In this document: positions 39,651 through 54,099 of the stretch, piece by piece
How the letters are laid out: every line of letters begins with the position of its first letter
How positions within the stretch are numbered: position 1 is the stretch's first letter
DNA from: Eledone cirrhosa
Lineage: Eukaryota
NCBI GenBank assembly: GCA_964016885.1
Contig: OZ024743.1
Coordinates: forward strand, 144,832,001 to 144,896,000
Direction of reading: 5' to 3'
DNA length: 64,000 nucleotides
Notes under the pieces: generated by a model
The model's input: the letters and a program-made list of their open reading frames with translations, nothing else
The model's database searches: none
What the model was told of the DNA's origin: nothing
Translations under genes and position numbers: made by a program

Positions 39651-40190
39651 TCTAACAGGTCAAGCGATAATATAAAGGCTTACTTTAAAGTATCTAGTGT
39701 GGGAATAAGTGGAATAGACTGTCGAGAGTTAAGAGTCGTGGTAGAAAGGTTTTAAACAAATCGAGGCAAGATCTAAAAATTTGAAAGGTTAGAAAAAAAA
39801 AAGGCAGCCATATTGAAATGAAGTAAGTTTTATGTTTTTGCATTATTTTGTCTTTTCATGAACTATATCTGTATTTTAGTATTGTTTATTGAAATTATCA
39901 AGACCAAACATTTCCAGAGAAAACATGAAAAAAAAAATAAAAAAAAAACAGGAGAAAAAAATGAAATATTTTTAATGTTCAAAATTTATTTCGTTCATTT
40001 CTTTATTTATATATGAAATTTTTTCTTTATCAGTTTTGAAATTTTGTCTTTAGTGAAATATTTGAATATAATAATAAAAACTAAACCCCACAAGCTTTGA
40101 AACCTTTGAAACTGAATTTTTTACATCACAAACCTTTATGTCTACAAATCTTCCAGGTACGGTCTACATAGACATGATTCCCCGCTCCTT

Positions 40191-40276
<86 letters not shown>

Positions 40277-40423
40277 TAAACGGAAAAGAAAATGCTGACA
40301 AATTGTTCACAGTGAAAAATAGTTTAATTAGGAATAAGTGAAAATTAGTAATAGTATTGGTTAGTATTCAGTTTTGGTTTTAAGTTTTACTATCATAACT
40401 CGTGTGTTACACTTCTATTCTTT

Positions 40424-40456
<33 letters not shown>

Positions 40457-40459
<3 letters not shown>

Positions 40460-40600
40460 AAAAAGTATGACCCCGACGGCAGAGCTCAAGACGTTTCGAC
40501 AGCTATTTCTGGAATTTTTCCTATTTCCCACTCTACTACCGTAAGTATTGAGTACTCTGGTGCGTTATGATCCATCTGGTTCCTTACCACAATTCCTTTG

Positions 40601-40602
<2 letters not shown>
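40457..40602. repeat. Short fold-back of family B pLTR
   Basis: Same TAGGAA end and same tail. Confidence 0.8.
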
Positions 40603-40671
<69 letters not shown>

Positions 40672-40735
40672 GCCGTTAATTTTCATAAGGAAAGTATATA
40701 CTTTCGAACGTTCAACCATATGGCAGAAGGGTATA

Positions 40736-40776
40736 CGGTGCTGATGATAGCTAACAAGCTTGAAACTAGTACATCG
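40736..40776 (+). ncRNA. Hammerhead motif (438-nt unit family)
   Basis: cggtg CTGATGA t-agct-aaca-agct-t GAAA ctag TA catcg. Confidence 0.87.
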
Positions 40777-40993
40777 TTCCTGTGTCAGTGTTGAACAAAA
40801 AGGTGACGTGGTTGCCTTAACACCGTACGGCATAAATTCAGGCTGTTCAGTTTGTTTACAAACGAACAAAGCGGGCGCTATAATAAGCGTCCGCTAAACT
40901 GATACGTACATATATGTATGTGTACCTGTATGTATATATATATATATATATATGCATGCTACTGTACGTCTGTATACATATATGTATGTACGT

Positions 40994-41535
<542 letters not shown>

Positions 41536-41570
41536 ATTATCTCTCTCTCTCTCTATATATATGTATGTAT

Positions 41571-41651
<81 letters not shown>

Positions 41652-41673
41652 TATATATATATATATATATATG

Positions 41674-44600
41674 TAGGAGGTGAGTTTTATTGTAGTACAA
41701 TAAAGCAATGCAGATATCGGATAAGAAGCACTCTACAGTTTGTGGGACTGGAGTATGCATAATATAAAATCAAAAGATGGTTAAAGGAGTTCCATATATT
41801 TTATTATGCGCATTTCAAAAACAAACATCATCAAGCAATAATATTGTGTTTTCATCAGATAAAACAGGAGAACATGATATGAAGGCTAAAAAACACTTGT
41901 TGATAGTGCAGTTTTAAATCAACATATGAAAAGTGTGTTTAGATTGATGTGTGATATTGGGAAAAATATTTTATTTAGAGAGGGGGTGGGGGGGAGGATG
42001 AAAAGGAAGGAGATGAGAGGGAGAGATGGGTGATAGAGAGAAAAAGATAGTTTTTATAACTGAGATAGAGATATTTTTAACATAGAGGGGTTGAAAACCG
42101 TTGGAAGATACTGTATAAATTAAAATTTTGAAAATTAACGAAGGGAGGATATGTGCGAGGAAAAAATATTTTATTTAGGGAGGGGGTGGGGTGGAAAGGA
42201 TGAAAAAAAGGGGGGAGGAGATGAGAGTGAAGGTGGAGAGGGAGAGATGGGTGATTAGAGAGAAAGAGATAGTTTTTATAACTGAGAAAAAGATATTTGT
42301 TTTAATATAGAGAGGTTGGGAACCGTTGGAAGATAATGTATAAATTAAAGGATTTGAAATTAACGAAGGGAAATATGTATGAAGATAGAGAGAAAAAAAT
42401 AATATTGTGGGTGAATATTCTAACGTCAAAAGAAGAAATGTATGTATTGTGGCAATTTCAAAATTTAGCGAAGAGAAAAAATTGTTAAGGTTTGTGTGTA
42501 GAAGGATTTGAGAAAAATAATGTGAAGTTAAAGTTTGTATATTGAATTGATATGTATTAATAATGAGTTCGTTGATGGGGAGAAAAAAATAATAATAAAT
42601 TAAGGATGAAATTGAGATTAAAAAGATTTATGATAGAGAGAAAAAATAATAATGATTGCGGATGAATATTCAAAATGTCAAAAACAAATGTTATTATTTT
42701 ACGAGAAGATAGAATGAGGGTAATGAGTAAACGAGTATTATAGAGTGTATAATGCCCTTTAAAGTAAGGTAGATGGGTATATTTTAAAGAGGTGTATGTA
42801 TATGTGCCTTTGAGAAAAGATTCTAAATTGATAAAGAATTGAATATTAACTGTATACTTTTGAAAAGTTCTATGGAATTTATGCAGGCAGATAGAAAACA
42901 AATCTGAGCGTCTATTTATTATAGAATCTAGGTTAGAGATAATGGTAAATTTTTCATTTTAGGCAGAGATTACAGATTTTAGATAGAGAGCTGTTCAAGT
43001 ATGAGGATGCAGAAGAAATCTTTTTCCAAAAAGTGATGTTATATTTAATGTTTTTTGTCTTTTAAGGACCTTATGAGTTCTGAGAGAGCAGTGTTAGTTC
43101 TTTTAAGTTTGTATTTGAAAGATGAATGATGATTATAGAGACGAGCTTTAAAAGAGGTGGAAGTGGAGCCAAAATAGGTGAAGGAATTGGTGCTAGTTAT
43201 AATTTTACATTCATAAATTAAGTTTTTATCGAGGCAATGGGTTGTTGAGAGGACATTTATTTTAATGCGGCAGTTGCAATTAGAGAGATTATTAATGAGT
43301 GATCTAGTGTTATCTATAGAAGGAATTGGATTGGAGAAGTGTTTGCGATAGGAATAATAGGAATAATAGTTCTTGATTTAGAGTTGGATTATGAACATTT
43401 AGCGAAGTTGTGTTTGACGTTGTATTTGGGTTACAGAAGTTAGCCTAGGGTTTACAATGACGTCGGGAGTACTATTACTGTTATTATGAAATTCAATATT
43501 GGAAGGAAGAGATTTAGTATTTAATATTTTGTTGTTGTGTTTAGAGATGATGTTGGAAATATTGGAGGATGTAGAATACGAAAATTTGATGGTGTCTTTG
43601 TTAAATATTTTACTATAGATATGTGAGGGAGGGAAGCATTTATTTAAGGCACTAAAAAATAATTAGGAATATTGTTATTAATAGAGATGGAGAAAGGAGC
43701 ATTATACCAGATTATGTTTTTGTATCTAGGTCTTTTATTAAAATTATTGAATGGTCATGATTAATTATTCTACTGTAAGTTTTCCTAGAATTTGTTTCTT
43801 TATTATATTTGATTTTATCTGGATAGCCGGCTTTAGAAAGTGCGTTATTATAGTAATTGGCGTTAGCATCAAAGATGTTTTTATTAGAAGATATGTTAGA
43901 TATTCTATTTCCAATATTATTAACTATAGCATTAAAAATATATGTCCTCTCAACAACCATTGCCTCGATAAAACTTAATTTATGAATGTAAAATTATAAC
44001 TAGCACCAATTCTTCACCTATTTTGGCTCCACTTCCACCTCTTTTAAAGCTCGTCTCTATAATCATCATTCATCTTTCAAATACAAACTTAAAAGAACTA
44101 ACACTGCTCTCTCAGAACTCATATGGTCCTTAAAAGACAAAAACATTAAATATAACATCTTTTGGAAAAAGATTTCTTCTGCATCCTCATACTTGAACAG
44201 CTCTCTATCTAAAATCTGTAATCTCTGCCTAAATAAAAAATTTACCATTATCTCTAACCTAGATTCTATAATAAATAGACGCTCAGATTTGTTTTCTATC
44301 TGCCTGCATAAATTCCATAGAACTTTTCACAAAGTATACAGTTAATATTCAATTCTTTATCAATTTAGAAATCTTTCTCAAAGGCACATATACATACACC
44401 TCTTTAAAATATACCCATCTACCTTACTTTAAAGGGCATTATACACTCTATAATACTCGTTTACTCATTACCTCATTCTATCTTCTCGTAAAATAATAAC
44501 ATTTGTTTTTGACATTTTGAATATTCATCCGCAATCATTATTATTTTTTCTCTCTATCATAAATCTTTTAATCTCAATTTCATCCTTAATTTATTATTAT

Positions 44601-45425
44601 TTTTTTCTCCCCATCAACGAACTCATTATTAATACATATCAATTCAATATACAAACTTAACTTCACATTATTTTCTCAAATCCTTCTACACACAAACCTT
44701 AACAATTTTTCTCTTCGCTAATTTGAAATTGCCACAATACATACATTTCTTCTTTTGACATTAGAATATTCACCCACAATTATTATTTTTTTCTCTCTAT
44801 CTTCATACATAATTTCCCTTCGTTAATTTTCAAATTCCTTTAATTTATACATTATCTTCCAACGGTTCCCAACCTCTCTATATTAAAACAATATATCTTT
44901 TTCTCAGTTATAAAAACTATCTCTTTCTCTCTATCACCCATCTCTCCCTCTCCACCTTCACTCTCATCTCCTCCCCCCTTTTTTTCATCCTTTCCACCCC
45001 CCCCTCCCTAAATAAAATATTTTTTCCTCGCACATATCCTCCCTTCGTTAATTTTCAAAATTTTTAATTTATACAGTATCTTCCAACGGTTTTCAACCCC
45101 TCTATGTAAAAAATATATCTCTTCTCAGTTATAAAAACTATCTCTTTCTCCTCTATCACCCATCTCTCCCTCTCATCTCCTTCCCTTTTCATCCTCCCCC
45201 CCCTCTCTAAATAAAATATTTTTTCCCAATATCACACATCAATCTAAAACCACTTTTCATATGTTGATTTAAAACTGCACTATCAACAAGTGTTTTTTAG
45301 CCTTCATATCATGTTCTCCTGTTTTATCTGATGAAAACACAAATATTATTGCTTGATGATGTTTGTTTTGAAATGCGCATAATAAAATATATGGAACTCC
45401 TTTAACCATCTTTTGATCTTATATT
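41674..45425 (-). mobile_element. AT-rich decayed Hydra-clade-like PLE with an inverted duplicate of about 1.47 kb (EN, 3' UTR, pLTR)
   Basis: Minus strand: NRISNISSNKNIFD..YYNNALSKAGY, IWYNAPFS, CNCR, LIYECKI..YFGSTSTSFKARLYNH, CNLC. About 41762-43255 is inverted at about 43944-45425. Confidence 0.9.
45322..45387 (+). ncRNA. Hammerhead motif (mirror copy at 41799-41864, minus)
   Basis: ttttat CTGATGA aaac...gtttt GAAA tgcgca TA ataaaa; palindromic ATGCGCAT. Confidence 0.83.
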
Positions 45426-45471
45426 ATATATATATATATAATATATATATTTGTATGTATATATATATATG

Positions 45472-45503
<32 letters not shown>

Positions 45504-45561
45504 TGTATGTATGTATATATATGTATATATATATGTATGTATATATATATATATATGTATG

Positions 45562-45628
<67 letters not shown>

Positions 45629-45660
45629 ATATATGCAGAGGTTATATTTAACAAGCTTAA

Positions 45661-45860
45661 NNNNNNNNNNNNNNNNNNNNNNNNNNNNNNNNNNNNNNNN
45701 NNNNNNNNNNNNNNNNNNNNNNNNNNNNNNNNNNNNNNNNNNNNNNNNNNNNNNNNNNNNNNNNNNNNNNNNNNNNNNNNNNNNNNNNNNNNNNNNNNNN
45801 NNNNNNNNNNNNNNNNNNNNNNNNNNNNNNNNNNNNNNNNNNNNNNNNNNNNNNNNNNNN
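45661..45860. other. Assembly gap (200 N)
   Basis: Run of N. Confidence 1.
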
Positions 45861-46093
45861 CTTCCTTTTTCTTTTTTTTTTCTTTTTCTCTCTCCTTACA
45901 TATCATCCTCTTCCAACAGTTTAATTTAAATAAACCGTTATCTTTTCAACTTTTCGGACACTCATTTGCATACTCACTCATTAACTTTGTATTACCATCA
46001 ATAAAGTATTATCGTCCACTATTCAGGAAGCTCCAACCGTTAAGGTTGTCTTTTTTCCGGGTATGTCAATATTTATTTATAAAACAAATCTGT

Positions 46094-46160
46094 ATTTTAT
46101 CTGATGAAAGCGCACCATAATTTTCCTTGGTTTCCCTTGAAATATATATATTAATAAAAT
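46094..46160 (+). ncRNA. Hammerhead motif in a pLTR fragment; degenerate inverted relative at about 46385-46440
   Basis: attttat CTGATGA aag...ctt GAAA tatatatat TA ataaaat. Confidence 0.75.
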
Positions 46161-46929
46161 AAATATGGTTTTATAAATATAGTTTCCATTTATTAATTTA
46201 TTGTATATTATGTATATATTATATATTATGTATTGTATATATTATATATATGTATGTATATATATATATATATATGTATGTATATGTATATATATATGTG
46301 TATGTATATCTGTATAGATACATATATATATATATATTTATATATACGATATTAACAAATGGAAACTATATTTATAAAACCATATTTATTTCATTATACA
46401 TACTTCAAGGACACCATTATACATATTTCATCAGACAAAATATAATATTGATCAGTTTTATGAATAAATTTGACATACCCTTAAAAAATGCAACCATTAC
46501 TGTTGGAAGCTCCAGGATAGTAATAAATATGGTTTTTTAAATATAGTTTCCATTTGTTAATATCGTATTTTTACTCTAAATATTTGTTGAATGCTTTATA
46601 TCAGTTATAAAAATATTTGCTTGTTGTATCCCAACAATTTAAATAGAACTTTTACATATATATATATATATATATATATATGGGGGTGCGTATGCATATG
46701 TGTGTTTGTGCACGAATAAGTCGAATAGATGTAATAAATAAATAAAAAATAACAACATATATTGGTATCTTTCACAACCACAAAATCTTTCAATTTAACA
46801 TAACACATTTTTAACGAGGTTATTACAATTTTAACATAATGAAAAGTGAAGAGAATATTATCAACATTATATTGAAACAATAGAAATTAAAACAAGCCCA
46901 CTTTTACACAACATATATAGAATGTATAA

Positions 46930-47352
46930 CGATTTCTAATTTAGGCACAATGCCAGTAATTTGTGAGGGAGGGGAAAGTCGATTAAATCGGTCCCAGTAC
47001 GTTACTGTTGCTTTATTTTATCGACCCCGTAAGGATTAAAAGCAAAGTTAACTTCGGCGAGATTTGAACTCAGAACGTAAAGGGCGGTAACTCTATGCCA
47101 CAAAGCATGTTGTTCGGCACCCAACCGATACTGACAATCCACCGCCCTTTTCGCTTGTATAATAATTGTTTCTACTTTTGGCACAAGGCCAGCAATTACC
47201 CAGTGCATTACTGGTACTTTATTTTATCGACCCCGTAAGGATGAAAGGCAAAGTTAACCTCTGCGGGATTTGAACTCAGAATGGCAAGGGCCGTAACTCT
47301 ATGCGTCAAAGCATGGCGTCCGACTCTCTACCGATACTGCCAATCCACCGCT
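46930..47352 (-). mobile_element. Two adjacent SINE copies (long and short 3' variants)
   Basis: SINE core occurs twice; cgcttgtataataat flanks the second copy. Confidence 0.88.
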
Positions 47353-47681
47353 TGTATAATAATAAATACAGTGTGTTACACATTCGGAGGTTCCAACGAT
47401 GAGTGTTCCAGTTATTTAAACAACTTGTGATATTAACGTACATGCTGTTGAGCATTCCATAGACACATACACCCTTATTGTAATTCTCAGGATAATTCAA
47501 TGTAACAGAATTTGTGGATAAGCAGGTTTTTACAGATATAATTCATTTTTACCAGCAGAGTAAACTGAAGCAACGTGAAATAAAATATCTTCCCCAAGAG
47601 ATAATGCGCCATTGCCAATCGAACTCACGACTCTGCGGTCGTGAACCGAACACCTTAATCACTAAACGCTATCACAATATA

Positions 47682-48228
47682 TACGAGGGTGCTTCAAAAT
47701 GTTCGTGGAAAAAGGACAGTTAGAAAAAAAAAACGGTTTAAGTTATCATGTTTATCTTTCAACATATGCTCCATCTCTGTCAATACACTCCTGCAAGCGT
47801 TGATACCAGCCTTAAAGTCCATCTGTGTAAAACTGAGAACCATGCGATTTAAACAATGTCAAATCAGCTTTCTTTACATCTTCAGTTGGGGATCATCTTC
47901 AACCTCATCTTTTCCACTTCTAACACGACATTTGTAGGTTGCTGATTTCTTTAGGACATTGTCCCCATAAACTTGCTCCAGAGAGTCAATGATTTGGCTG
48001 CTCTTCCACCCTAGATACACCATGCATTTGATGTTTTGATGGAAGCCATATTGCTCGAGCGGGTGTTGACTTCCGACTGGTGGCGCCACGTTTCAACATG
48101 CATTTAAGGGTTTATGTTAGAACATGTTATGACACTTTAGTACGAGAATGTATAGATGCATTGGGATCAAAATACTTGCAAATAATGTTTAGCTATGTAC
48201 TTTTTCCACGAACCTTTTGAAGCCCCTG
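47682..48228 (-). mobile_element. Internally deleted mariner-family DNA transposon
   Basis: TIRs aggg(t)gcttcaaaa.gttcgtggaaaaag / ctttttccacgaac.ttttgaagcccct, with TA at the left end. N-terminal IKCMVYLGW..IIDSLEQVYGDNVL..VEDDP joined to C-terminal FYTDG..WYQRLQECIDRDGAYVER. Confidence 0.88.
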
Positions 48229-50049
48229 CCTGTGATAATGTTACTATTAACACAATAAGGTTTAAAACAGAGTTGAGGAGATGTTTTGTGATTGCAAATA
48301 GCGAATTGTAAGTTCACAAGAACCTGTAGGGCCACATTTGAACTAAGAAAAAGAATGATTAAAAAATGTTTTTTTTTTTTTACTGGTTTCAACTATGGGA
48401 CTGTATTTTTATCTCTTAAATGAACTTTCAACCCAGTGGCTCCGCATAAGGAATATACAACAGGACTACATTAGAAACACAGAACGAAGCATATACGCCA
48501 GTCGTCTCATACTTAGTGAATAAAGACATTTCCTAGCCTTAGTTTAGACATTAATATTTTGTAGTTCCAGGAATATTACGCTTCATTTTGGAAAGGGTAT
48601 TTGAATACGTAAGAGGACATTTATAATCTGAGGGCGATTATAATCTGATAAACAACTCACCCAGGACGTTTAGGCATTTAATGGCTACAGTTCTATTTAT
48701 AAAATTATTCAACCACACGAAAATGTACTTAAACTTACACGTTTATGGTAGATGCATCGACAGATAGTATATTTGCATTTATTTGCATATTCACACACAT
48801 ACACACATATATATATATATATATTGTGTGTGTATGTGTGTGTTTCTTTGCGTTCGTTAATCTTTCTTATGTGTGTTTTATATTACGCATCAAATCTAAT
48901 TCATAATATATTATCTAATATATTATGGGTGATATGTGTTTAGTAAATCTATTATTCAAAGTTTCTTGGTTATTCCAATTACTTTAGCGTACCTGTAGAA
49001 ATACATGACATGAAGCAGATGGCATACTCCATCCCAATATATGGTTTTCTTTAGTACTAAACTGAATATACATTGCTCACTTCGTGCGAAACATGATACC
49101 AAAAAATAAATCAATAAAATTAAAGACAGGTTATATACAGTAGACTGTTTAAATGTTTTAAACACATTTGTATGAGAAAAATATAAAATTCTCTTTACTG
49201 ACTTTCAATAACTGATACATGTTCTGACTCTGAACTCGCTTGTCGAAGTGAAGCTATATTGTTGATATAATAGTTTGGTTTGTTAATAAAAACATACTCG
49301 AGACACACAATTTCGTATTTACATGCACAAGTATTGCTCGATATAGAGGTAATTGATAGAAAGATAGATAATTATTTATATGAATTATGCATATAACGTT
49401 GCTAATAATGTATTCACTGTACATGTATTTTCTTCTGAGGTTCAATATAAAGCAGATGTTTACATTAAAAATGATATGCTCTCGTCCATATAATATACAT
49501 ATTTACAATTGAAACACCTTTGATTGTATTCTATTGAATTGGATCAAAACAACAACTATAGCCTAGTATATTGACTATCATAGTCACCGGGTTGAATCCT
49601 ATAGCTCTAAACACAAACGTGCCAGAAAAAGAATGAGAAGATCAAAGCTGGAAATTCTTTGATCATAGGTTTACTGGATCAAGGCTAACTTAAGAATAAA
49701 CAACAACATATACGTTCTGCTACACGTATTGATATACACAAGCTATATATATAATTACATTGAATTATCACAATATGTGTAAAATAGATTGATTTCTTGT
49801 GTGTAATTGATTTCTTTTTCAATCAAAAATAATCCAAAACGGTGATTTTATTGTTGATGATTGATAGCATCTATGATCAAAAACGTTCTAGCCGTAACCA
49901 GCTGGGGGTGGGGGTCATCAATAAATGAGAGAAAACAGTGATATAGTTTGATTCCTCAAAAGTAGATATTTATTTTTATTTTTATAGGATTTTAAGATTC
50001 CAAAATAGATCATATATCAAATTTGGTTATCAAAGTATTAACTGATTAT

Positions 50050-51660
50050 AAATGTGTTAACTCGGAGTTGCAATGCCATGAGATCTGTCATTACAACAAA
50101 AGGAGTTTCTTCTATTCGAGTTCGAAATCTCTTTAGAAATTGACCGGAAACATTGAAACATTCTATAACATGCTCCATCGATTCTGATTTCTGTTCTTTC
50201 AAAGCTAGAAAATACTCCACTCAGTGTTTCGTTTTTAGTTGAATGATGGATAATTGAAATTGGCAAGAAGAGAGCTCATAATTAGATTCGGCCCTTGTAA
50301 TTTCAAACATAGATCATTTATGTAGCGAGAGATATCTACTTAAAATGCGAAATAACATAATTGTTGCTACTCTAATTCCATAATGAAAATTCCCTTTCAC
50401 ATCTATGAAGAGATTCACATTTTTTTTTCAGTACACAAAAACCAGTGAACCTACAAAGTCAGAATGAATGACGATATTCTATTTCGATGGTCTTCAAATT
50501 TCTTTCAATGCTCTCTTATTCAATTCCTTGCTGTTTATGAAGTTACTAAAATTTAACACTTACATCACATCGTTTATTCTTGTTGCGGAGTAAGATAATG
50601 TCACGCTATTAAGATATCAGATTTTTCTTTTTACCGTTTAATCAGAGAGGGAAAATGGAAGGTATCCTGAAACTGAAAGGCTGATTTGAATAAATACAAC
50701 AAAGGGAACTCTGCTAAAGGTATCCAAAGGCCAGGTGGTGATCTAAAACTGGGTAATGGATTACGTATATTGCCCACAGCGGGATTTGAATTCAGAACGC
50801 AAAGAACTGAAACAAATACTGCAAGGCATTTTGTCCTCCGATCTAATGGCTCTGTCAGTTCGTTGCCTAAATTAATTAAGTCAATAAATCCTCTTTTATC
50901 GTAGCAGGCTGTAACCAAGCCACTAAGTCTCCTATACATAGTATATCTTGGACTGTCTTAGCCAATGTACTTTTCTTTTTAAGACGGTAAAGTGTGTTTT
51001 GAGGGAGATATGGCTGTTATTTCTACCACATTTAGTGACTGCACTTAAACTCCCTTACTGGCTCGACAGAGACTCACTGATTGGTAAAGTAGAGGCTCTC
51101 TGTCTCTTTAGACATGCAGATGTTAAAATATTTGGGGTGTTAGTTTATGCTGACCTTCAGTGGTTGCTCAGTATTCTAAATGTAGTCAATGCTCTTATGA
51201 TTTCCAACTCAAGATAAACTACTTGATGTAATGCTTGGGAAAGCGGGGAGGACTCTTTAAACAACAGACAAGCAATAATAGAAGAGGATGACTTAGATTT
51301 CCAACTAAAATGTCATAAAGATTAGTAACAGAATTCCCAAACTGTAGGAATTCATGATTCGTATCTTTACAACAAGAATTCATATAGTGAATGTTTCTTG
51401 AATAACATAGATTCTTCTACGGTGATATTTCTTAAATATAGCAATAATCCTCTGATCAAGAACTGGATCAGTGAGGCTGCATTTAAAGCGAACAACATTG
51501 ATATATTAGAGCTTTGAGTTGACAATGTTCTCTTAGCATCAGATATCATTATCCAAGGTTAGGAACACTTTGAACGGAAGATTATATTTTCATAAACGGA
51601 GCTTTTCTTGTAAATTAAACTGAAAATGTAAATCCTTCTTCATAATTTCTTATCTGTCTG
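50050..51660 (-). pseudogene. Highly decayed pogo/Tigger-like transposase remnants, interrupted by SINEs
   Basis: NLPFKVFLTLDN and NAASLIQ.LDQ-like DDE_1 segments (51200-51620); FNVSGQFLKRFRTR resembling the CENP-B-type HTH (50100-50220). Confidence 0.55.
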
Positions 51661-52639
51661 TTATGGTTTCTTAATATTGATATCTAATTTGTAGAGCGGT
51701 GGATTTACAGAATAGTTATATTGTCAAACAAAATGCCTTGCAATATGAAGCTCCGACTCTTTAGTTTCTGAGTTCAATTCTCGCCGAAGTCAACTTCACC
51801 CTTTTGGAGTCAATAACATAAAAAAATAGTTAAGTACTAGTTCAATTTAATCGACTATATCAACCCCAATATTTGTGTCTATGTTAATAATAGATGTTTT
51901 TTCTAAGCTAGATATCAATATTGATTTATAATTAAAACATAAGGTCATACTGAGAAAAGAATAATCTTAATTTAATCGATTTCAGCATTTGATTTAATTT
52001 AGAATAAGTACTGGGTCTGATTCAATCGATCCAATCACCCCTCCCCGCAAAACGCGTAATTTGTACTACAATTTTAGAAACCAACACGGCAGTGAAAGGA
52101 GTCGATCGTTTAAAGTTACTAAAAATTTATGTTGAATATAAAAAGAACGGTGGGACTATTTAGCTAACACAAGCTTTCAGAATGAAAGAAAACTTTAACG
52201 CCGTGAATCTTTGTTGATATATAGCGTCACTGATATATTACAGAGTAAATGAAGTATGTACGTGGAAAATGTAAGACTGCGTATATATTTCAAATATTAG
52301 AGGAAGCAGACCTGAATTACAAGAAGACACAAGACAAACATTTTGTAAAAATGCAGAACTGCCAACCTCTAAAAACTCAAACGGGGGAGTACCATGAAAA
52401 ATATTGCCCCATAATGGGGATAAATGAGGTAAAATGGGGAGATTTACATAATGAAAGCTATACCCATTTTCACAAAAACAGGGAGACGGGAGAAATGAGT
52501 CAAAATGGGGAGTTAACAGGTCTGAAGATGCAGGAGAATCATTTTGTAGAACAGGAATATGCGTGAAGGCAACGATTCGTGCATAAACATGCGAGTATAT
52601 ACCTTAGTCAATATAATTAAATTGCATTAATAAATAAAG

Positions 52640-53066
52640 AGGGCAGTGGATTGGCAGTATCGGTAGAGGGTCGGCCGCCATGCTTTGCAACATGGAGTAA
52701 CGGCCCTTTACGATCTGAGTTCAAATCCCGCGAATGTTGACTATGCCTTTAATCCTGACGGGGTCGATAAAATAAAGTAGCAGTCACACACTGGGGTCGA
52801 CTTAATCGACTTTCCCCTCACCCAAAATTGCTGGCCTTGTGCCTAAATAAGAAACCATTAATAAATAAAGAGGGCGGTGGATTGGAAGTATCGGTAGAGG
52901 GTCGACCGCCATGCTTTGCAGCATGGAGTTACGGCCCTTTACGTTCTGAGTTCAAATCCCGCAAAGGTTAACTTTGCCTTTCATCCTTACGGGGTCGATA
53001 AAATAAAGCACCAGTAATGTACTGGCATAATTGCTGGCCTTGTGCCAAAAGTAGAAACAATTAATA
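52640..53066 (+). mobile_element. Tandem SINE pair
   Basis: Two full heads (tggcagtatcggtagag...gagttcaaatccc); ttaataaata at all three junctions. Confidence 0.9.
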
Positions 53067-54099
53067 AATATGTAGTAATCGACAAATTCAACTTTCAATT
53101 AAAAGCAGTAGGCGTGCCAGCTTCTCACCATTGAAACAATATACAAACGTCTAGTAATGCTTTCATAAGTGTGCTAAGTCCCTGCATTAGTGTGAATATT
53201 TGAAAAATGCAATCTTCACTAGATTCAAGTGAAAGGCTGTTTGCATGCACGTGTACTTTTGAAACAAAATTGAAAGATAGTTGAAGTGTACTATTTTAAT
53301 TCACCAGATTTTTGATAGGCAAATGTGTAGAATAAAACAAGTGTAATCAGAAAAATAACTATGACATGTTCGACGAGAAAGTGTATTTTCAGAGGAAAAA
53401 TCTTTCAGACCAGGAAGAAGTGGGAGCATTGAAAAAGTAATTGTTGATGTTACACTGCTCTGGTGAAAAATATCGGACTGGTTATAGAAGGTAGTTGATT
53501 AAGTGTAAACAAGGAAGACTAATTACGTAGACATCAAAATATCTTGTCATATTCTTTAATTACTCTTAATTAACGAAAGCATTAATCAACTTTAATAGAT
53601 AAGAAAGTACATCATCTACCTACTGTTAATGCTTTTGCAAAAACTGTAGCATTCATATGAACGTATGAAGCTAAATTCGTTTTGGAAAGCTAGATAACTA
53701 ATGATTATCATGCTTTTCTTATCAGCAAATTTGATTGCTTTGAGATAGAATGACGATTCGCAGCCAAAGTAACCTGCAAAACTAAACACGGCGTGAACTA
53801 TTCTATAAACAGATCTGTAAAAGAGCGATAGGATGTATAACAGTAATTTTCGGGCTTCAGTTTTTGTTGAAAAGAGATGCGCAGGAAATGCTAAATTGAC
53901 ACATAAAGTATAAATTAGGAATTGCTATAAACATAGCAATGCTATTTATGTGCTTATATAAATGTCCATGCAGTGTATGCAGAAAAAAAAAATGCTAAAA
54001 TTTCAATCGTCATAAAGAATTAACTCAAAGAAAATCAATACATAAATGTCAAGTAAATATGATCTCAAAATAAAAATAATATCGTGGGAAATAAATTAA

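Noticed and set aside
48956-48995. Possible terminal host exon (ttctacag|GTACGCT...TGA, minus strand)
   Set aside because: No compatible upstream exon; the nearby 50050-50220 frame looks like a pogo HTH remnant.
52640-52740. tRNA gene
   Set aside because: The A/B boxes belong to the SINE head; no complete cloverleaf.
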